A stretch of 62,019 bases of DNA, counting the filler. It is 7 parts of 7 records of this genome, joined end to end, with 100 filler letters (N's around TTAATTAATTAA, not from the genome) between each part and the next. Parts side by side here need not be neighbours in the genome. Positions count along the whole stretch, not along the records: positions 1 to 6,455 come from SRR20825010_6820; positions 6,556 to 11,352 come from SRR20825010_6827; 5 more parts are not named here. The stretch is one strand, 5' to 3'. The position numbers and the translations under genes are program-made. Below, one piece after another: positions 1 to 9,912 of the stretch. The notes beneath the pieces were generated by a model. The model worked only from the letters and a program-made list of their open reading frames with translations. It was not told the DNA's origin and ran no database searches. How positions within the stretch are numbered: the stretch's first letter is position 1; every line of letters begins with the position of its first letter.

Positions 1-62
1 CCCATAGCGACTATGTGAAGGATTATGACGTCGCCTGGACATTGGACGGCGAGATGAAATAA
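1..62 (+). CDS. 3' end of an unidentified gene (HSDYVKDYDVAWTLDGEMK*)
   Basis: Open frame from the contig edge to TAA at 60-62; too short to assign. Confidence 0.4.
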   Translation, partial: HSDYVKDYDVAWTLDGEMK

Positions 63-86
63 CGATAACACAGGGTGCGATAGTTA

Positions 87-116
87 TTGATTTTGTAACA
101 CTTAGTGCTATATATT
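87..116 (+). promoter_or_regulatory. Putative TA promoter with overlapping antitoxin operator
   Basis: TTGATT (87-92) and TATATA/TATATT (109-116) bracket the imperfect palindrome TAACACT-T-AGTGCTA (96-110). Confidence 0.55.
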
Positions 117-128
117 ATCAGATAAGAA

Positions 129-538
129 ATGGCCGAAAAATCGAAAAAGCCAGGATTTTCAAAAACAAATGGTTTGCTCGCTTCGCGCGAAAAGAGGGTA
201 TTGAGGATGCTGATCTCTGCAAAGCGATCCACAATGCCGAAAAGGGCCGGATAGACGCCGATCTCGGCGGCGGCGTCATCAAGCAACGGATCGCAAGGCC
301 GAATGAAGGAAAGTCGGGCGGATACAGATCGATTGTTCTATTCCGGATCGGTGACAGGGCATTCTTCATATATGGGTTCGCGAAAAGCGGACGGGACAAT
401 ATCGAGAAGAATGAACTGGAAGGTTTCAAGATTCTCGCGAATGAAATGCTTGGTTATGACAAGGCGGCACTTAACAAGTTACTGAAGAATGGCGCGATTA
501 TAGAGGTGAAATGCGATGACAAAAAAATATCGGAGTGA
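129..538 (+). pseudogene. RelE/HigB-like type II toxin, frameshifted near the 5' end (or recoded)
   Basis: The frame from 152 reads RIFKNKWFARFARKEGI...IDADLGGGVIKQRIARPNEGKSGGYRS...FFIYGFAKS...* (TGA 536-538). The only upstream ATG (129) is one base out of frame. Missed by the ORF track. Confidence 0.85.
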
Positions 539-833
539 TGCCTTCGGGGCGATCCATGAAACCGCCTCTGATCTCCATGACGCGGGCGTGATGGACAAGC
601 GCACCTTGCGCAGGTTCGATGAAATGTGTTTGACTCCGATACGATCGCTCACGCCGGAAGAGATTCAAGCGCTGCGCAAACAAGAACATGTGAGTCAGTC
701 GGTATTTGCAATGTATCTCAATGTCTCCAAAAGCGTGATCAGCCAGTGGGAACGCGGCGAAAAGCATCCCGCCGGGGCATCACTCAAATTGCTCACACTC
801 GTTCAGGAAAAGGGGCTGGACGCTATCGCCTGA
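516..833 (+). CDS. HigA-like XRE/HTH antitoxin
   Basis: IQALRKQEHVSQSVFAMYLNVSKSVISQWERGEKHP HTH; overlaps the toxin 3' end. Confidence 0.9.
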   Translation: MTKKYRSDAFGAIHETASDLHDAGVMDKRTLRRFDEMCLTPIRSLTPEEIQALRKQEHVSQSVFAMYLNVSKSVISQWERGEKHPAGASLKLLTLVQEKGLDAIA

Positions 834-849
834 ACATTGCTTTTGCCGC

Positions 850-1518
850 CTACCCCGCGCTCAGGCCCATCTGCCAGAAGTCGGCCTCAAGACGGGTGGC
901 CACGCCGAAGGTTTTGGAGAGGTCGGGGAAGCGGGCCTTGGTAAAGCGCTTGACCGCGAGCGTATCAATCTCCGCCGTCATATCCGCGACAAGGCTTTGG
1001 TATTCATCGCCCGCATACATCTCGATCCAGGTGAGATAGGGGTTGCCCTCGATCTTTGTCTCCCGCGATTTCGCGAGCCGCGCGCCGATCTCCCCGTAGC
1101 CAATGGCGCAAGGGGCCAGTGCGACCATCAGATCGAGCAGGTCGCCCGCCATGCCGCGTTCCAGCACGAAGCGGGTATAGGCGATATTCTCGGGCGCCTC
1201 CTCCAGCGTTTCAAGTTCCGCCGCCGTGATGCCCCAGTCGGCGCAATAGCCCACATGGAGGTCCATCTCCATCTCAAGAATAGCCTTCACCCCGGCCAGC
1301 GCCGAGCGCATCTCGGTCAGGTTATCGGCCTTGTAGATCGCCAGCGCATAGGCCCGCGCAAACTGGATGAGGAAGAGATAATCCTGCTTCAGATAATGCT
1401 GAAACGCCGTCTTGGGGAGTTCCCCGCTCTGCATGCCGGCAACAAAGTCATGATGGGTATAGGCCTGCCACGCGTCGGCGTTATCGGCCTTTAACTGATC
1501 GAAAAGGCGCGCGGCCAT
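850..1518 (-). CDS. tenA: Thiaminase II / aminopyrimidine aminohydrolase
   Basis: YLKQDYLFL, LAPCAIGYGEIG (catalytic Cys) and LEADFW motifs. Confidence 0.9.
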   Translation of the reverse strand: MAARLFDQLKADNADAWQAYTHHDFVAGMQSGELPKTAFQHYLKQDYLFLIQFARAYALAIYKADNLTEMRSALAGVKAILEMEMDLHVGYCADWGITAAELETLEEAPENIAYTRFVLERGMAGDLLDLMVALAPCAIGYGEIGARLAKSRETKIEGNPYLTWIEMYAGDEYQSLVADMTAEIDTLAVKRFTKARFPDLSKTFGVATRLEADFWQMGLSAG

Positions 1519-1847
1519 TATACCATCATATTGTTCGATCCGCCGGGCAGGCTCACGACGAGATCGTCCAGCTCCTCGGTGATCTCAATCTGGCAGCCAA
1601 GGCGCGAGGTGCGCGTCAGGCCATAGGCGAGATCGAGCATGTCTTCCTCATCCTCGGTCGGGTCGGGCAGCCGCTCGAAATCCTCCTCCGAGACGATGAT
1701 ATGGCAGGTCGAACAGGCGAGGCTCCCCTCGCAGGCGCCTTCAAGATCGATGTTATTCTGATGCGCAATTTCCAGAATTGTCCGGCCAAGCGGCGCATCG
1801 ACTTCCTGACGGGTGCCATCGGGCTTGATAAAAGTCATTTTCGGCAT
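1518..1847 (-). CDS. fdx: 2Fe-2S ferredoxin (adrenodoxin/ISC type)
   Basis: [13 protein letters not shown]...SRLGCQI. Confidence 0.93.
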   Translation of the reverse strand: MPKMTFIKPDGTRQEVDAPLGRTILEIAHQNNIDLEGACEGSLACSTCHIIVSEEDFERLPDPTEDEEDMLDLAYGLTRTSRLGCQIEITEELDDLVVSLPGGSNNMMV

Positions 1848-1913
1848 ACGGGCGTGAACTCCTGAATACTCTTCCTGTTTTACCTATCCTGCCCGCTGTC
1901 GCCTGTCTAGGCC

Positions 1914-3059
1914 CTAAGCAGCATATTTCGGCGATTTCCGCCGGTAGAGCCTTGTCCAGCTCTCGACGAGCCGGTCGATGTCATCGGGCGTCGTGGACCA
2001 GCCGAGGCTGATGCGGATGGCGGCGCCCGCCTCCTCCGCGCTGGCGCCCATGGCGGTAAGCACATGGCTGGCCTTGACCTTGCCCGACGAACAGGCCGAC
2101 CCCGCACTGACGGCAATACCATCGAGATCGAGGGACATAACCTGAAGCTCCGACGCGACGCCCGGCATCGAAATAGTCGTGGTGTTGGGTAATCTTGGCG
2201 CATTGCGGCCATAAATATGGCTTTCGGGTGAGATTTCGAGCAACCGCGCCTCCATGGAATCGCGCAAATTGGCGATTGCCGTATAATCCTCAAGACCCTC
2301 CATCGCCGACCGCGCGGCCGTGCCCATGCCGACAATTCCGGCGACATTTTCCGTGCCCGCGCGGCGGCCCAGCTCCTGCCCGCCGCCTTTGAGCATCGGC
2401 GGCACGGCAAGGCCATCGCGTATAACCAGCGCGCCAATCCCCTGCGGCCCACCGAATTTATGGGCCGAGACGGACATCATATCCACGCCCAGCGCCGCAA
2501 AATCGAGAGGGATTTTGCCGACCGCCTGAATGGCGTCACAATGAAAAATTCCGCCTTTTTCGTGAACGAGGGCGGCAATCTCGGATATCGGCTGGATCAC
2601 ACCAGTCTCGTTATTGGCATACATGATAGAGACAAGCGCGCCCTGTCCCGCCTCGCTCAATTGCGTCTCAAGCGCCGCCAGATCGAGCAGGCCATCGCTT
2701 TTAAGCGGAAGCCGGATTGCGGGGCCTGCCGCGGCAAGGACCGAATCATGTTCCCCGGCGGAGATAAAGAGCGGCCGGTTCGGGAAGGCGGAAAGCGCGA
2801 AGTTATTTGCCTCCGTCCCGCCGGAGGTAAAGACAATCTCGGGCGCTTTACAGCCCAGAAGATGGGCGAGCAGGCTGCGCGCCTCCTCCACCCGGTTGCG
2901 CGCTGTGCGCCCCGCCTGATGGACGGAAGACGGATTGCCGCCCTGCTCCATCATGGCAACCATGGCGGTCACCACCTCGGGCCGGATTGGGGCGGTCGCG
3001 TTAAAATCGAGATAAACGGGTTTCGCCATAAGCACAATCAGGCCCGCCGGGGCGGTCAT
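1914..3059 (-). CDS. iscS: Cysteine desulfurase, NifS/IscS family (start may be 3029)
   Basis: YLDFNATAP, FTSGGTEANN, SAHKFGGP (PLP Lys), SAGSACSS. Confidence 0.9.
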   Translation of the reverse strand: MTAPAGLIVLMAKPVYLDFNATAPIRPEVVTAMVAMMEQGGNPSSVHQAGRTARNRVEEARSLLAHLLGCKAPEIVFTSGGTEANNFALSAFPNRPLFISAGEHDSVLAAAGPAIRLPLKSDGLLDLAALETQLSEAGQGALVSIMYANNETGVIQPISEIAALVHEKGGIFHCDAIQAVGKIPLDFAALGVDMMSVSAHKFGGPQGIGALVIRDGLAVPPMLKGGGQELGRRAGTENVAGIVGMGTAARSAMEGLEDYTAIANLRDSMEARLLEISPESHIYGRNAPRLPNTTTISMPGVASELQVMSLDLDGIAVSAGSACSSGKVKASHVLTAMGASAEEAGAAIRISLGWSTTPDDIDRLVESWTRLYRRKSPKYAA

Positions 3060-3068
3060 TCGTTGAGA

Positions 3069-3833
3069 TCAAGTATCCGTTTTCGCCTTGCTGGCGGCGC
3101 GGGCGGTGGGTTTCTTCTTCGGCTTCAGGGCAATCGGCGCGTCTGCCGTGGTGCGGCGCTCATTTTCCAGCTCTTCCACGCGCATGGACAGCGACTGCAC
3201 CTTGTCGAGCAGGCCGTCCATTACCTTGAACACCGGGTCGGGCAGGTCGTGATTCCCGACACCATAGGCGGCGAATCTCTCATCCAGGCGGTCTTTCTTG
3301 CTGGCGCTCACCGCACGCGCAGGAACACCGACAACCGTCGTATGGTCCGGTACATCTTTCAGCACAACCGAGTTTGCGCCGACGCGGGCACATTTGCCGA
3401 CCGTGATCGGGCCGATGATCTGCGCACCGGAGGCAATGATCACACCGTCCTGCAATGTCGGGTGGCGCTTCACGCCGCGCTGCGCATCGGAATCGATTGA
3501 CGGGGCAACACCGCCCAGGGTCACATCATGGTAAAGGGTCACATTATCGCCGATTTCCGACGTTTCCCCGACCACGACGCCCATGCCATGGTCGATAAAG
3601 AACTTGCGGCCGATCTTCGCGCCGGGATGAATTTCAATGCCGGTAAGGAAGCGGCTGAACTGCGAAAACAGCCGCGCAAGCAGACGCCATTTATGCCCCC
3701 ACAGCCAATGGGCGAGACGGTGCAGGACGATGGCGTGGAAGCCCTGATACAGCAGCGCAACCTCCAATCGGCTCCGTGCGGCGGGGTCGCGCTCCATCAC
3801 GCAACTAATTTCTTCGCTAATATGCTTGAACAT
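3069..3833 (-). CDS. cysE: Serine O-acetyltransferase
   Basis: [36 protein letters not shown]. Confidence 0.95.
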   Translation of the reverse strand: MFKHISEEISCVMERDPAARSRLEVALLYQGFHAIVLHRLAHWLWGHKWRLLARLFSQFSRFLTGIEIHPGAKIGRKFFIDHGMGVVVGETSEIGDNVTLYHDVTLGGVAPSIDSDAQRGVKRHPTLQDGVIIASGAQIIGPITVGKCARVGANSVVLKDVPDHTTVVGVPARAVSASKKDRLDERFAAYGVGNHDLPDPVFKVMDGLLDKVQSLSMRVEELENERRTTADAPIALKPKKKPTARAASKAKTDT

Positions 3834-4047
3834 TTGCCCTTACCTTCTGTATTGTGCCGCTCTTGTAGCGGAATTCACCTGAGGTTTAAAGCGCCCATAA
3901 TTAACAGATATATGCATATCGGGAGGACCGTCAAGGATACCATTGGTATTCATTTGACAAGTCGTTCGCCGGGGCAGGCTGAAAAATGGGTCATATCCCG
4001 AGTGTATCCGGCTCGAAATAGAAGCTGTTGTAGGAATTAGAAAAGAA

Positions 4048-4707
4048 ATGCCCGACGTTATTTTTAATGGACCCGAAGGACGCCTTGAGGGGCGCTATCA
4101 CCATTCCGATGATCCGAATGCCCCGCTCGCCCTGATCCTCCACCCGCATCCGCAATATGGCGGTGCAATGAATAACAAGGTCGTCTACAATCTCTTTACC
4201 ACCTTCAAGAAGCGCGGCTTCTCGGTTCTGCGCTTTAATTTCCGGGGTGTCGGCCGCAGTCAGGGCGATTATGATCATGGCGTGGGCGAACTCTCCGATG
4301 CCGCCGCCGCGCTCGACTGGATGCAGACCCATAACCCGAACGCGCCCGCTGTCTGGATCGGCGGCTTTTCCTTCGGCGCCTGGATTTCCATGCAGTTGCT
4401 GATGCGGCGTCCGGAAGTCGCCGGATTCATCTCCGTTGCGCCGCCCGCCAATATGTATGATTTCTCCTTCCTCGCCCCCTGCCCGTCATCCGGCATCATC
4501 ATTCATGGCGACAAGGACGTTCTGGTGCCGCGAAAAGATATCAAGAAGCTGGTCGAGAAGCTGAAGGCGCAGAAGGGCATTACCATTCATTATGATGAAA
4601 TTCCCGACGCCGATCATTTCTTCGAGAACAGCCTCGACAGGCTGATGGTTTCCGTCAATGACTATCTCGATATGCGCCTGAATGGCGACGACGAAGAGGA
4701 AGATTGA
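4048..4707 (+). CDS. Alpha/beta hydrolase (conserved alphaproteobacterial neighbour of cysE/iscS)
   Basis: HPHPQYGG, RFNFRGVG, GFSFG nucleophile elbow, ADHFF. Confidence 0.9.
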   Translation: MPDVIFNGPEGRLEGRYHHSDDPNAPLALILHPHPQYGGAMNNKVVYNLFTTFKKRGFSVLRFNFRGVGRSQGDYDHGVGELSDAAAALDWMQTHNPNAPAVWIGGFSFGAWISMQLLMRRPEVAGFISVAPPANMYDFSFLAPCPSSGIIIHGDKDVLVPRKDIKKLVEKLKAQKGITIHYDEIPDADHFFENSLDRLMVSVNDYLDMRLNGDDEEED

Positions 4708-4711
4708 CCCC

Positions 4712-5833
4712 TTACGCCGAGACCCGCTTTTTGGACGGCGCGGGATAAAATTGCCCGCCCGTCATCGGCTCCGGCACGCCTGTCGTCGTCGGCAGGCTTA
4801 AGGGAAGGCCGCGTACCGACCGCACGGCGAGGAAGGCAAAGGCCTCCGCCTCCAGATCATCGCCGCGCCAGCCGACCGCTTCCACCGGTTCGACCGGGAC
4901 TTGCACCACCGCCTCAATCGCCTGCACCAGCGCCGGGTTCTTGCGCCCGCCGCCGGTCAGCAGCCAGCGCGCAGGCCTCCCCGGCAGATGGGCAAGCGCG
5001 CGGCGGAGGCTCTCGCTCGTGAAATGCAGCAAGGTCGCCGCCCCTTCCTCCAGCCCGAGGCCATTGATCGCCGCCGCTACCGGGAATTCATCCCGGTCGA
5101 GGCTTTTGGGCGGCCTCTGGTCGAAATAGGGGTTATCGAGAAGTGTCGCGAGAACAACCTCATTCACCAGACCGGCGGCGGCGATCTTGCCGCCTTCATC
5201 AAAGGGCTGGCCCGTATGGGTCAATACCCAGTCATCAAGGAGCGCGTTCGCGGGCCCGGTATCGAAGGCCAGCACCGTCTCCCCGTCAATATAGGTGACA
5301 TTGCCGACCCCGCCGAGATTAAGCACGGCGAGCGGTCCATCGAGTTCCGTCGCCAGCGCCCGGTGATAGAGCGGCGCAAAGGGCGCCCCCTCCCCGCCCG
5401 CAGCGACATCCGCGTGGCGGAATTCAGCGACCGTATCGATCCCCGTCAGTTCCGCCATCAGCGCGCCATCGCCCATCTGTACGGTCAGGCGGTTGGCGGG
5501 ATCATGAAAAATCGTCTGCCCGTGAAAGCCGATCAGGTCGATATCGGCGGGAGAGAGATTGTTTTCTTCCAGCAATGCGAGGACAAACTCCGCCTGCGCT
5601 TTCGTGAAGTCGGTGATCAGGCCATCGGGCGCCGCGTCTTTGCCCAGAACCTCGCGCAGCTGCGCCCGGAATTCCGGCTCATAAGGGGTGGAGCGAACGG
5701 GACCATGGGTAAAAACCTCAATCCCGTCAGTCTCGATAATCGCGGCATCGATGCCGTCAAGCGACGTGCCGCTCATCAATCCAAGAGCGCGAAGCGGCGT
5801 GTTTTCACCCTGATTTTGCTTAATTGACGTCAT
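4712..5833 (-). CDS. anmK: Anhydro-N-acetylmuramic acid kinase
   Basis: GLMSGTSLDGID, GFHGQT, GGEGAP, DTGPAN, EAEAFAFLA; divergent from tyrS. Confidence 0.95.
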   Translation of the reverse strand: MTSIKQNQGENTPLRALGLMSGTSLDGIDAAIIETDGIEVFTHGPVRSTPYEPEFRAQLREVLGKDAAPDGLITDFTKAQAEFVLALLEENNLSPADIDLIGFHGQTIFHDPANRLTVQMGDGALMAELTGIDTVAEFRHADVAAGGEGAPFAPLYHRALATELDGPLAVLNLGGVGNVTYIDGETVLAFDTGPANALLDDWVLTHTGQPFDEGGKIAAAGLVNEVVLATLLDNPYFDQRPPKSLDRDEFPVAAAINGLGLEEGAATLLHFTSESLRRALAHLPGRPARWLLTGGGRKNPALVQAIEAVVQVPVEPVEAVGWRGDDLEAEAFAFLAVRSVRGLPLSLPTTTGVPEPMTGGQFYPAPSKKRVSA

Positions 5834-5916
5834 ATGCTATCCCGCACTTTTAAAATGCGCCTCATATGTGCTAAACGATGGCGCTCTTGAACCTCAATAG
5901 AACAGAATTACGTCCC

Positions 5917-6455
5917 ATGACCGAATTACGCTCCGACTTCCTGAAAGTCTTCACTGAACGCGGCTACCTGCATCAATGTACAGATTTAGACGCGCTGGAT
6001 AAAGCTTTTGCTGACGAGATCGTGACCGCCTATATCGGTTTTGACTGTACGGCGAAAAGTCTCCATGCGGGCAGCTTGATGCAGATCATGATCCTGCGGC
6101 GCCTGCAACAGGCCGGGCATAAGCCGATCGTGCTGATGGGCGGTGGGACGACAAAGGTCGGCGACCCGACGGGGCGCGACGAAAGCCGCCCGCTGGTGAC
6201 CGATGAAGTTATTCAGGAAAACATGGACGGCATCAAGAAGGTGTTCGAGAAGTTCCTCACCTTCGGTGACGGGCCGACCGATGCGGTCATGGTCAATAAC
6301 GCGGACTGGCTGGACAAGATCGAATATATCCCGTTCTTACGCGAATACGGGCCGCATTTCTCGATCAACCGGATGCTCTCGTTTGACAGCGTGAAACTCC
6401 GGCTGGAACGCGAGGAATCGATGACCTTCCTCGAATTCAACTACATGATCCTGCA
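5917..6455 (+). CDS. tyrS: Tyrosine--tRNA ligase, 5' part (cut at contig end)
   Basis: [35 protein letters not shown]. Confidence 0.95.
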
Positions 6456-6555
6456 NNNNNNNNNNNNNNNNNNNNNNNNNNNNNNNNNNNNNNNNNNNNT
6501 TAATTAATTAANNNNNNNNNNNNNNNNNNNNNNNNNNNNNNNNNNNNNNNNNNNN
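6456..6555. other. Artificial contig spacer
   Basis: N44-TTAATTAATTAA-N44. Confidence 0.99.
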
Positions 6556-6637
6556 GTCGTCTGGAACATAGGTCCCCGTATGGGGTAATCCCAGAACGAT
6601 GGGGCCATCGCCGCGTTGTATTTTCACAGGATTCATA

Positions 6638-8140
6638 TCAACCGATCTCCTGATTGATGAAAGTGGCCTTCATAAAAGTCCGGATGGCGTTGAAATCGTC
6701 ATGCATCGGGCGATCATCGCGATAGGACGGAACAACCGCACGAATATCGGCGTAAACCTTGCCGGTGCGTTTTGCCGGTGCGATATCTTCTGCCCGAAGG
6801 TCATAAGCCTGTGCTGCTGCCAGAAGTTCGATCCCCAGAACCGTTTCCAGATTGTCGAGGATACCCAGCAACTTCCAGGCTGCCGGTGTGGCATGGGTCA
6901 GGATATCTTCCTGAAGGGCTGATGTGATCCCGCCGTCCAGACTGGCCGGGGCGGCAAGGCGACGGTTTTCCGCAACCAGTGCCACAGCGGTATATTGCGC
7001 AATCATGTAACCGGAACACACACCGCTTTCCGGCACGAGAAAAGCAGGCAAACCGCTTACCATCGGATTGACCAATCGATCGATCCGGCGTTCCGAAATT
7101 GCCGCCAGTTCGGCTGCCGCCACCGCAAGCCCATCCAGAACCAAACCCAATGCGGCGCCGACCGCATGGGCTTCGGAATGGACTTCAGGCGAGGTTGCAT
7201 CACCCGAAACTGCCGGGTTATCGGTCACACTTGCCAGCTCGCGTTCAACCGTTTCAACGGTATTGTCAAACAGGTCTCGTACGGCACCGTGCACGTGGGG
7301 CACCGCCCGTACACTTAACGGGTCTTGGGTGCGTTTGCCTGCCGATGCCGCCAGCATCGGGCTATCGCCCAGATAATCGCGTAGAATTCTGCCGACTTTC
7401 TGCAAACCATCAGACTTCCGCAATCCCAGTGCTTTTTCGGAAAATGCCGTGATCTGACATCCAAGGTTTTCAGCAGTTAGTGCCGCTGCCGTATCAGCCC
7501 ACCCCATCAACAACTGCAACCGCGAAAGTGCCACACAGGCAAGCCCGGTCGCACAGGGCGTCCCGTTAACCAGACTAAGCCCTTCCTTGGCTTCAAGGCG
7601 CAGCGGAGAGATCCCGATCTGCCTGCAGGCCTCTGCACCGGTCATTCGCACATCACCCTGCACGGCATGACCATGCCCGATCAGAACCAGTCCGATCGAC
7701 GCCGCATGGGTCAGATACCCGACAGATCCCCGCGATAGCACCACCGGAATGCAGTTGGCATTCAAAAGCGCCAGCAAGGCGTCGACCACCTCGATCCGGA
7801 CACCGGACGCACCATGGGCAAAATTATTGATCTGGGCGGCCATGATCGCACGGGTTTCAACCAGTCCCAGCGGATCACCAACCCCACAGGCATGGCTCAT
7901 CAGGATGTTATGCGACAAAGCCTGCTGACGATCCCGATCAATGATCACGTCACACAGGGCACCAACACCGGTATTGATGCCATATCCCTTGATGCCACGC
8001 TCCACCAGCGCATCAACAATTTCCCGTGCTTTTACGATCCGGTCACGTGCTTCCGGGGCAAGTGCAAGGAGCGCACCATTGGCAACGGCGGCAATCTGCT
8101 GCCAGCTCAGGGATGACGAAAGCACAACATCCTGTGTCAT
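6638..8140 (-). CDS. HAL/PAL-family ammonia-lyase lacking the ASG (MIO) triad; ergothionase/trimethylhistidine-lyase-like
   Basis: YGINTGVG, SHACGVG, KEGLSLVNGT, QDPLSVR, TDNP and QED are present, but GSVG is followed by YLTH instead of ASGDL. Confidence 0.85.
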   Translation of the reverse strand: MTQDVVLSSSLSWQQIAAVANGALLALAPEARDRIVKAREIVDALVERGIKGYGINTGVGALCDVIIDRDRQQALSHNILMSHACGVGDPLGLVETRAIMAAQINNFAHGASGVRIEVVDALLALLNANCIPVVLSRGSVGYLTHAASIGLVLIGHGHAVQGDVRMTGAEACRQIGISPLRLEAKEGLSLVNGTPCATGLACVALSRLQLLMGWADTAAALTAENLGCQITAFSEKALGLRKSDGLQKVGRILRDYLGDSPMLAASAGKRTQDPLSVRAVPHVHGAVRDLFDNTVETVERELASVTDNPAVSGDATSPEVHSEAHAVGAALGLVLDGLAVAAAELAAISERRIDRLVNPMVSGLPAFLVPESGVCSGYMIAQYTAVALVAENRRLAAPASLDGGITSALQEDILTHATPAAWKLLGILDNLETVLGIELLAAAQAYDLRAEDIAPAKRTGKVYADIRAVVPSYRDDRPMHDDFNAIRTFMKATFINQEIG

Positions 8141-8961
8141 TGCGCCTCCACTCCGACCTGACGACGCTGGACGAACCGGGCAACATAGTCATTTGCAGGA
8201 TTGTTCAGGATGTCAGCCGGTTTGCCGACCTGCACAAGCTGCCCGTCCTTCAGGATCGCGATTTCCGACCCGATCCGAAGCGCTTCTTCCAGATCGTGGG
8301 TGATAAAGACGATGGTTTTGTGCAACTCGGTCTGAAGCTGCAAAAGCTGATCCTGCATTTCCGCCCTGATCAACGGATCAAGGGCGCTGAATGCCTCGTC
8401 CATCAGGATCACGTCGGTATCAGCGGCCAATGCACGTGCCAAGCCGACACGCTGGCGCATCCCGCCGGACAATTCATGGGGATACTTGTTTTCATATCCC
8501 GTCAAATTGACCGCATCGATCCATTTCTGGCCGATTTCGCGTGCTTCCTGTTTGGATGTACCCCGCACCTTCTGACCGTAAATCACGTTCTGCATCACGG
8601 TTCGGTGCGGCATCAGGGCAAAGCTTTGAAACACCATGCTGACACGATGGGTCCGGAACGAACGCAATGCCTTGGGCGACAGGTTCAGGATGTTTTCACC
8701 ATCAAACAGAACCTCGCCACTGGTCGGCTCGATCAGCCGGTTCAGGTGCCGGACAAGGGTCGACTTCCCCGACCCTGACAGGCCCATGATCACAAAAATC
8801 TGGCCCGGTTCGATGGTCAGGCTGACATCGTTAAGGCCAACCGAACATCCCGACACATTTAGGATTTCATCCTTGTCCTTGCCTTCACGCGCCATCTGCA
8901 ACGCGTTCTGTTCCTGATGGCCAAAGATTTTGAAAACGTTGCGGATTTCGATTTTACCCAT
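8137..8961 (-). CDS. Quaternary-amine/histidine ABC transporter ATPase (ProV/HutV type, no CBS domains)
   Basis: [27 protein letters not shown]; start reassigned to MGKIEIRNV. Confidence 0.92.
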   Translation of the reverse strand: MGKIEIRNVFKIFGHQEQNALQMAREGKDKDEILNVSGCSVGLNDVSLTIEPGQIFVIMGLSGSGKSTLVRHLNRLIEPTSGEVLFDGENILNLSPKALRSFRTHRVSMVFQSFALMPHRTVMQNVIYGQKVRGTSKQEAREIGQKWIDAVNLTGYENKYPHELSGGMRQRVGLARALAADTDVILMDEAFSALDPLIRAEMQDQLLQLQTELHKTIVFITHDLEEALRIGSEIAILKDGQLVQVGKPADILNNPANDYVARFVQRRQVGVEAQ

Positions 8962-9811
8962 GGCTCGCGCCTCCCGCCTTCGGCTTGCCAAGGCCCTGTG
9001 TAATCCGGTCCAGCAACACGGCAAGAATGACAATTCCGATCCCGGCTTCCAGTCCCTTGCCGACATCAAGTGTCTGAATGCCATTCAAAACCTGTTCACC
9101 CAGTCCGCGTGCGCCAATCATTGATGCTACAACCACCATCGACAGTGCCATCATGATTGTCTGGTTCAGGCCCGCCATGATGGTTGGTGTCGCCAGCGGA
9201 AGTTCGACCCCGAACAGGATTTGCCGTGGGCTGCCACCAAACGCGGTTGCGGCTTCAACCACTTCCTTGTCGACCTGGCGAATACCCAGATCGGTCAATC
9301 GGATCAGCGGCGGGACGGCATAAATGATGGTGGCAAGAATGGCCGGAACCTTGCCCAGGCCAAACAGCATCAGGGCCGGGATCAGATACACAAAGCTTGG
9401 CATCGTCTGCATGATGTCAAGGATCGGCAGGATGATGCTGCGCACCAGACTGCTTTTGGCCGCCAGAATGCCAAATGGCACCCCGATCACGACGGAGACG
9501 ATGGTCGCCATCAGCATCAATGCCAGTGTCTGCATCGTCAGGTCCCATAGACCCAGTATTCCGACCACAAACAGCAAGACGCCAACCGCAACGGTCAGAA
9601 CCCAGCGCCGCGAGCTGTACCACGCACCCGCCATGAAAAGGACGATAACGACCCACCACGGCAAGCCGCGCAGGACCCATTCGATGAACAGGACGGATTG
9701 CAAAAGCGCATGCGAAATCGCCTTGAATATCCAGCCGTAATTGATGACCAGCGTTTCGATGAAATCATTCACCGGGCCGCGAATCGAATAATGAAGGTTC
9801 TCGGGAAACAT
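8954..9811 (-). CDS. ABC transporter permease (ProW/HutW type)
   Basis: DIMQTMPSFVYLIP, EAATAFG, MMALSMVVVASMIG. Confidence 0.92.
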   Translation of the reverse strand: MFPENLHYSIRGPVNDFIETLVINYGWIFKAISHALLQSVLFIEWVLRGLPWWVVIVLFMAGAWYSSRRWVLTVAVGVLLFVVGILGLWDLTMQTLALMLMATIVSVVIGVPFGILAAKSSLVRSIILPILDIMQTMPSFVYLIPALMLFGLGKVPAILATIIYAVPPLIRLTDLGIRQVDKEVVEAATAFGGSPRQILFGVELPLATPTIMAGLNQTIMMALSMVVVASMIGARGLGEQVLNGIQTLDVGKGLEAGIGIVILAVLLDRITQGLGKPKAGGASHG

Positions 9812-9868
9812 CGAAGATTTTCCTTTATTCTTGCCTGCTTGTCCGGATGCGCCCTAGGGCGCGAAACG

Positions 9869-9898
9869 GTTCTCCTGCCGACATTCCGGCAGGAGAAC
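9869..9898 (-). other. GC-rich hairpin after the binding-protein gene (mRNA stabiliser or partial terminator)
   Basis: GTTCTCCTGCCG-N6-CGGCAGGAGAAC perfect 12-bp stem. Confidence 0.6.
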
Positions 9899-9912
9899 GC
9901 AGTCCGACAGAC

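Noticed and set aside
23-767. ORF-track calls 23-286, 118-429, 303-485 and 498-767
   Set aside because: They overlap the real toxin/antitoxin frames and show no family features
2195-5827. Long antisense/overlapping ORFs (e.g. 2460-3500, 4901-5827, also 9847-11076 and 37844-38776)
   Set aside because: Shadow frames of well-supported GC-rich genes, with no recognisable motifs
6500-6511. TTAATTAATTAA palindrome recurring six times
   Set aside because: Artificial all-frame stop linker centred in N runs; not biological
6638-8140. Calling this gene hutH
   Set aside because: It lacks the Ala-Ser-Gly MIO triad; a separate HutH-like gene ends at 11141
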